From positions 124,001 through 188,000 of the forward strand of contig JAANOX010000275.1 of NCBI GenBank assembly GCA_020184695.1: a stretch of 64,000 nucleotides of DNA. The letters run 5' to 3'. This DNA is from Histomonas meleagridis 2922-C6/04-290x. Its lineage: Eukaryota > Protista > Parabasalia. Positions within the stretch are counted from its first letter, which is position 1, and each line of letters starts with the position of its first letter. Below are positions 63,899-64,000 of this stretch, one piece after another. The notes under the pieces were generated by a model that searched no databases, was not told where the DNA came from, and saw only the letters and a list, made by a program, of their open reading frames with translations. The position numbers and the translations under genes were made by a program.

Positions 63899-63994
63899 AT
63901 GGAATATGAAGATACATTTGATAATTTTGGCTTTGATGACAATTCTTTTGATTTTAGTAATGTTTGTCCCGATGCCCTTCAATCTGACGATTAA
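63899..63994 (+). CDS. Small acidic ORF (31 aa) divergent from rep
   Basis: MEYEDTFDNFGFDDNSFDFSNVCPDALQSDD*; Inr TCATTT at 63878-83; may be a fragment of a disrupted gene. Confidence 0.3.
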   Translation: MEYEDTFDNFGFDDNSFDFSNVCPDALQSDD

Positions 63995-64000
63995 GAAAAA

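Noticed and set aside
62150-64000. Canonical CRESS nonamer stem-loop and capsid gene
   Set aside because: No NANTATTAC on either strand near rep and no capsid-sized ORF within the window
1-64000. tRNA, rRNA or spliceosomal introns
   Set aside because: No cloverleaf, rRNA-like tract or intron-requiring gene break was recognised by eye; tRNAscan/Infernal were not run

Overview
AT-rich, intron-free eukaryotic nuclear DNA read in the standard genetic code. It is almost certainly from a parabasalid (trichomonad/Histomonas-like protist): Inr elements (TCAYT/A) sit just upstream of many ATGs, and both ribosomal-protein genes carry the trichomonad M3 (AACGGTTT) + M5 (CCTTT) core promoter. Bases 1-55.5 kb are densely packed host genes: GH13 alpha-amylase, RPS18, RPL18, a pseudokinase, a large USP, a GAPVD1-like protein, BEACH, two Rabs, a degenerate M16C peptidase, SEL1, SNF5, UTP18, centrin, TBC, DOCK, SAPS, a Rae1-like WD40, WW-MyTH4-RhoGAP and an EF-hand protein, plus a 13-unit minisatellite. 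The last 8.3 kb is a mobile-DNA cluster around a beta-adaptin gene, with three components. (i) An intact, stand-alone DIRS/Crypton-type tyrosine recombinase preceded by a perfect 29-7-29 bp inverted repeat. (ii) Two divergent, stop-interrupted Tc1 (DD34E) transposases, each fused in frame to a C-terminal Myb domain. (iii) An intact CRESS-DNA-virus-type Rep (HUH + SF3 helicase) with host-type expression signals, no capsid in the window, and a GC-rich nested inverted-repeat island downstream. All family assignments come from motif recognition by eye; no database searches were run.
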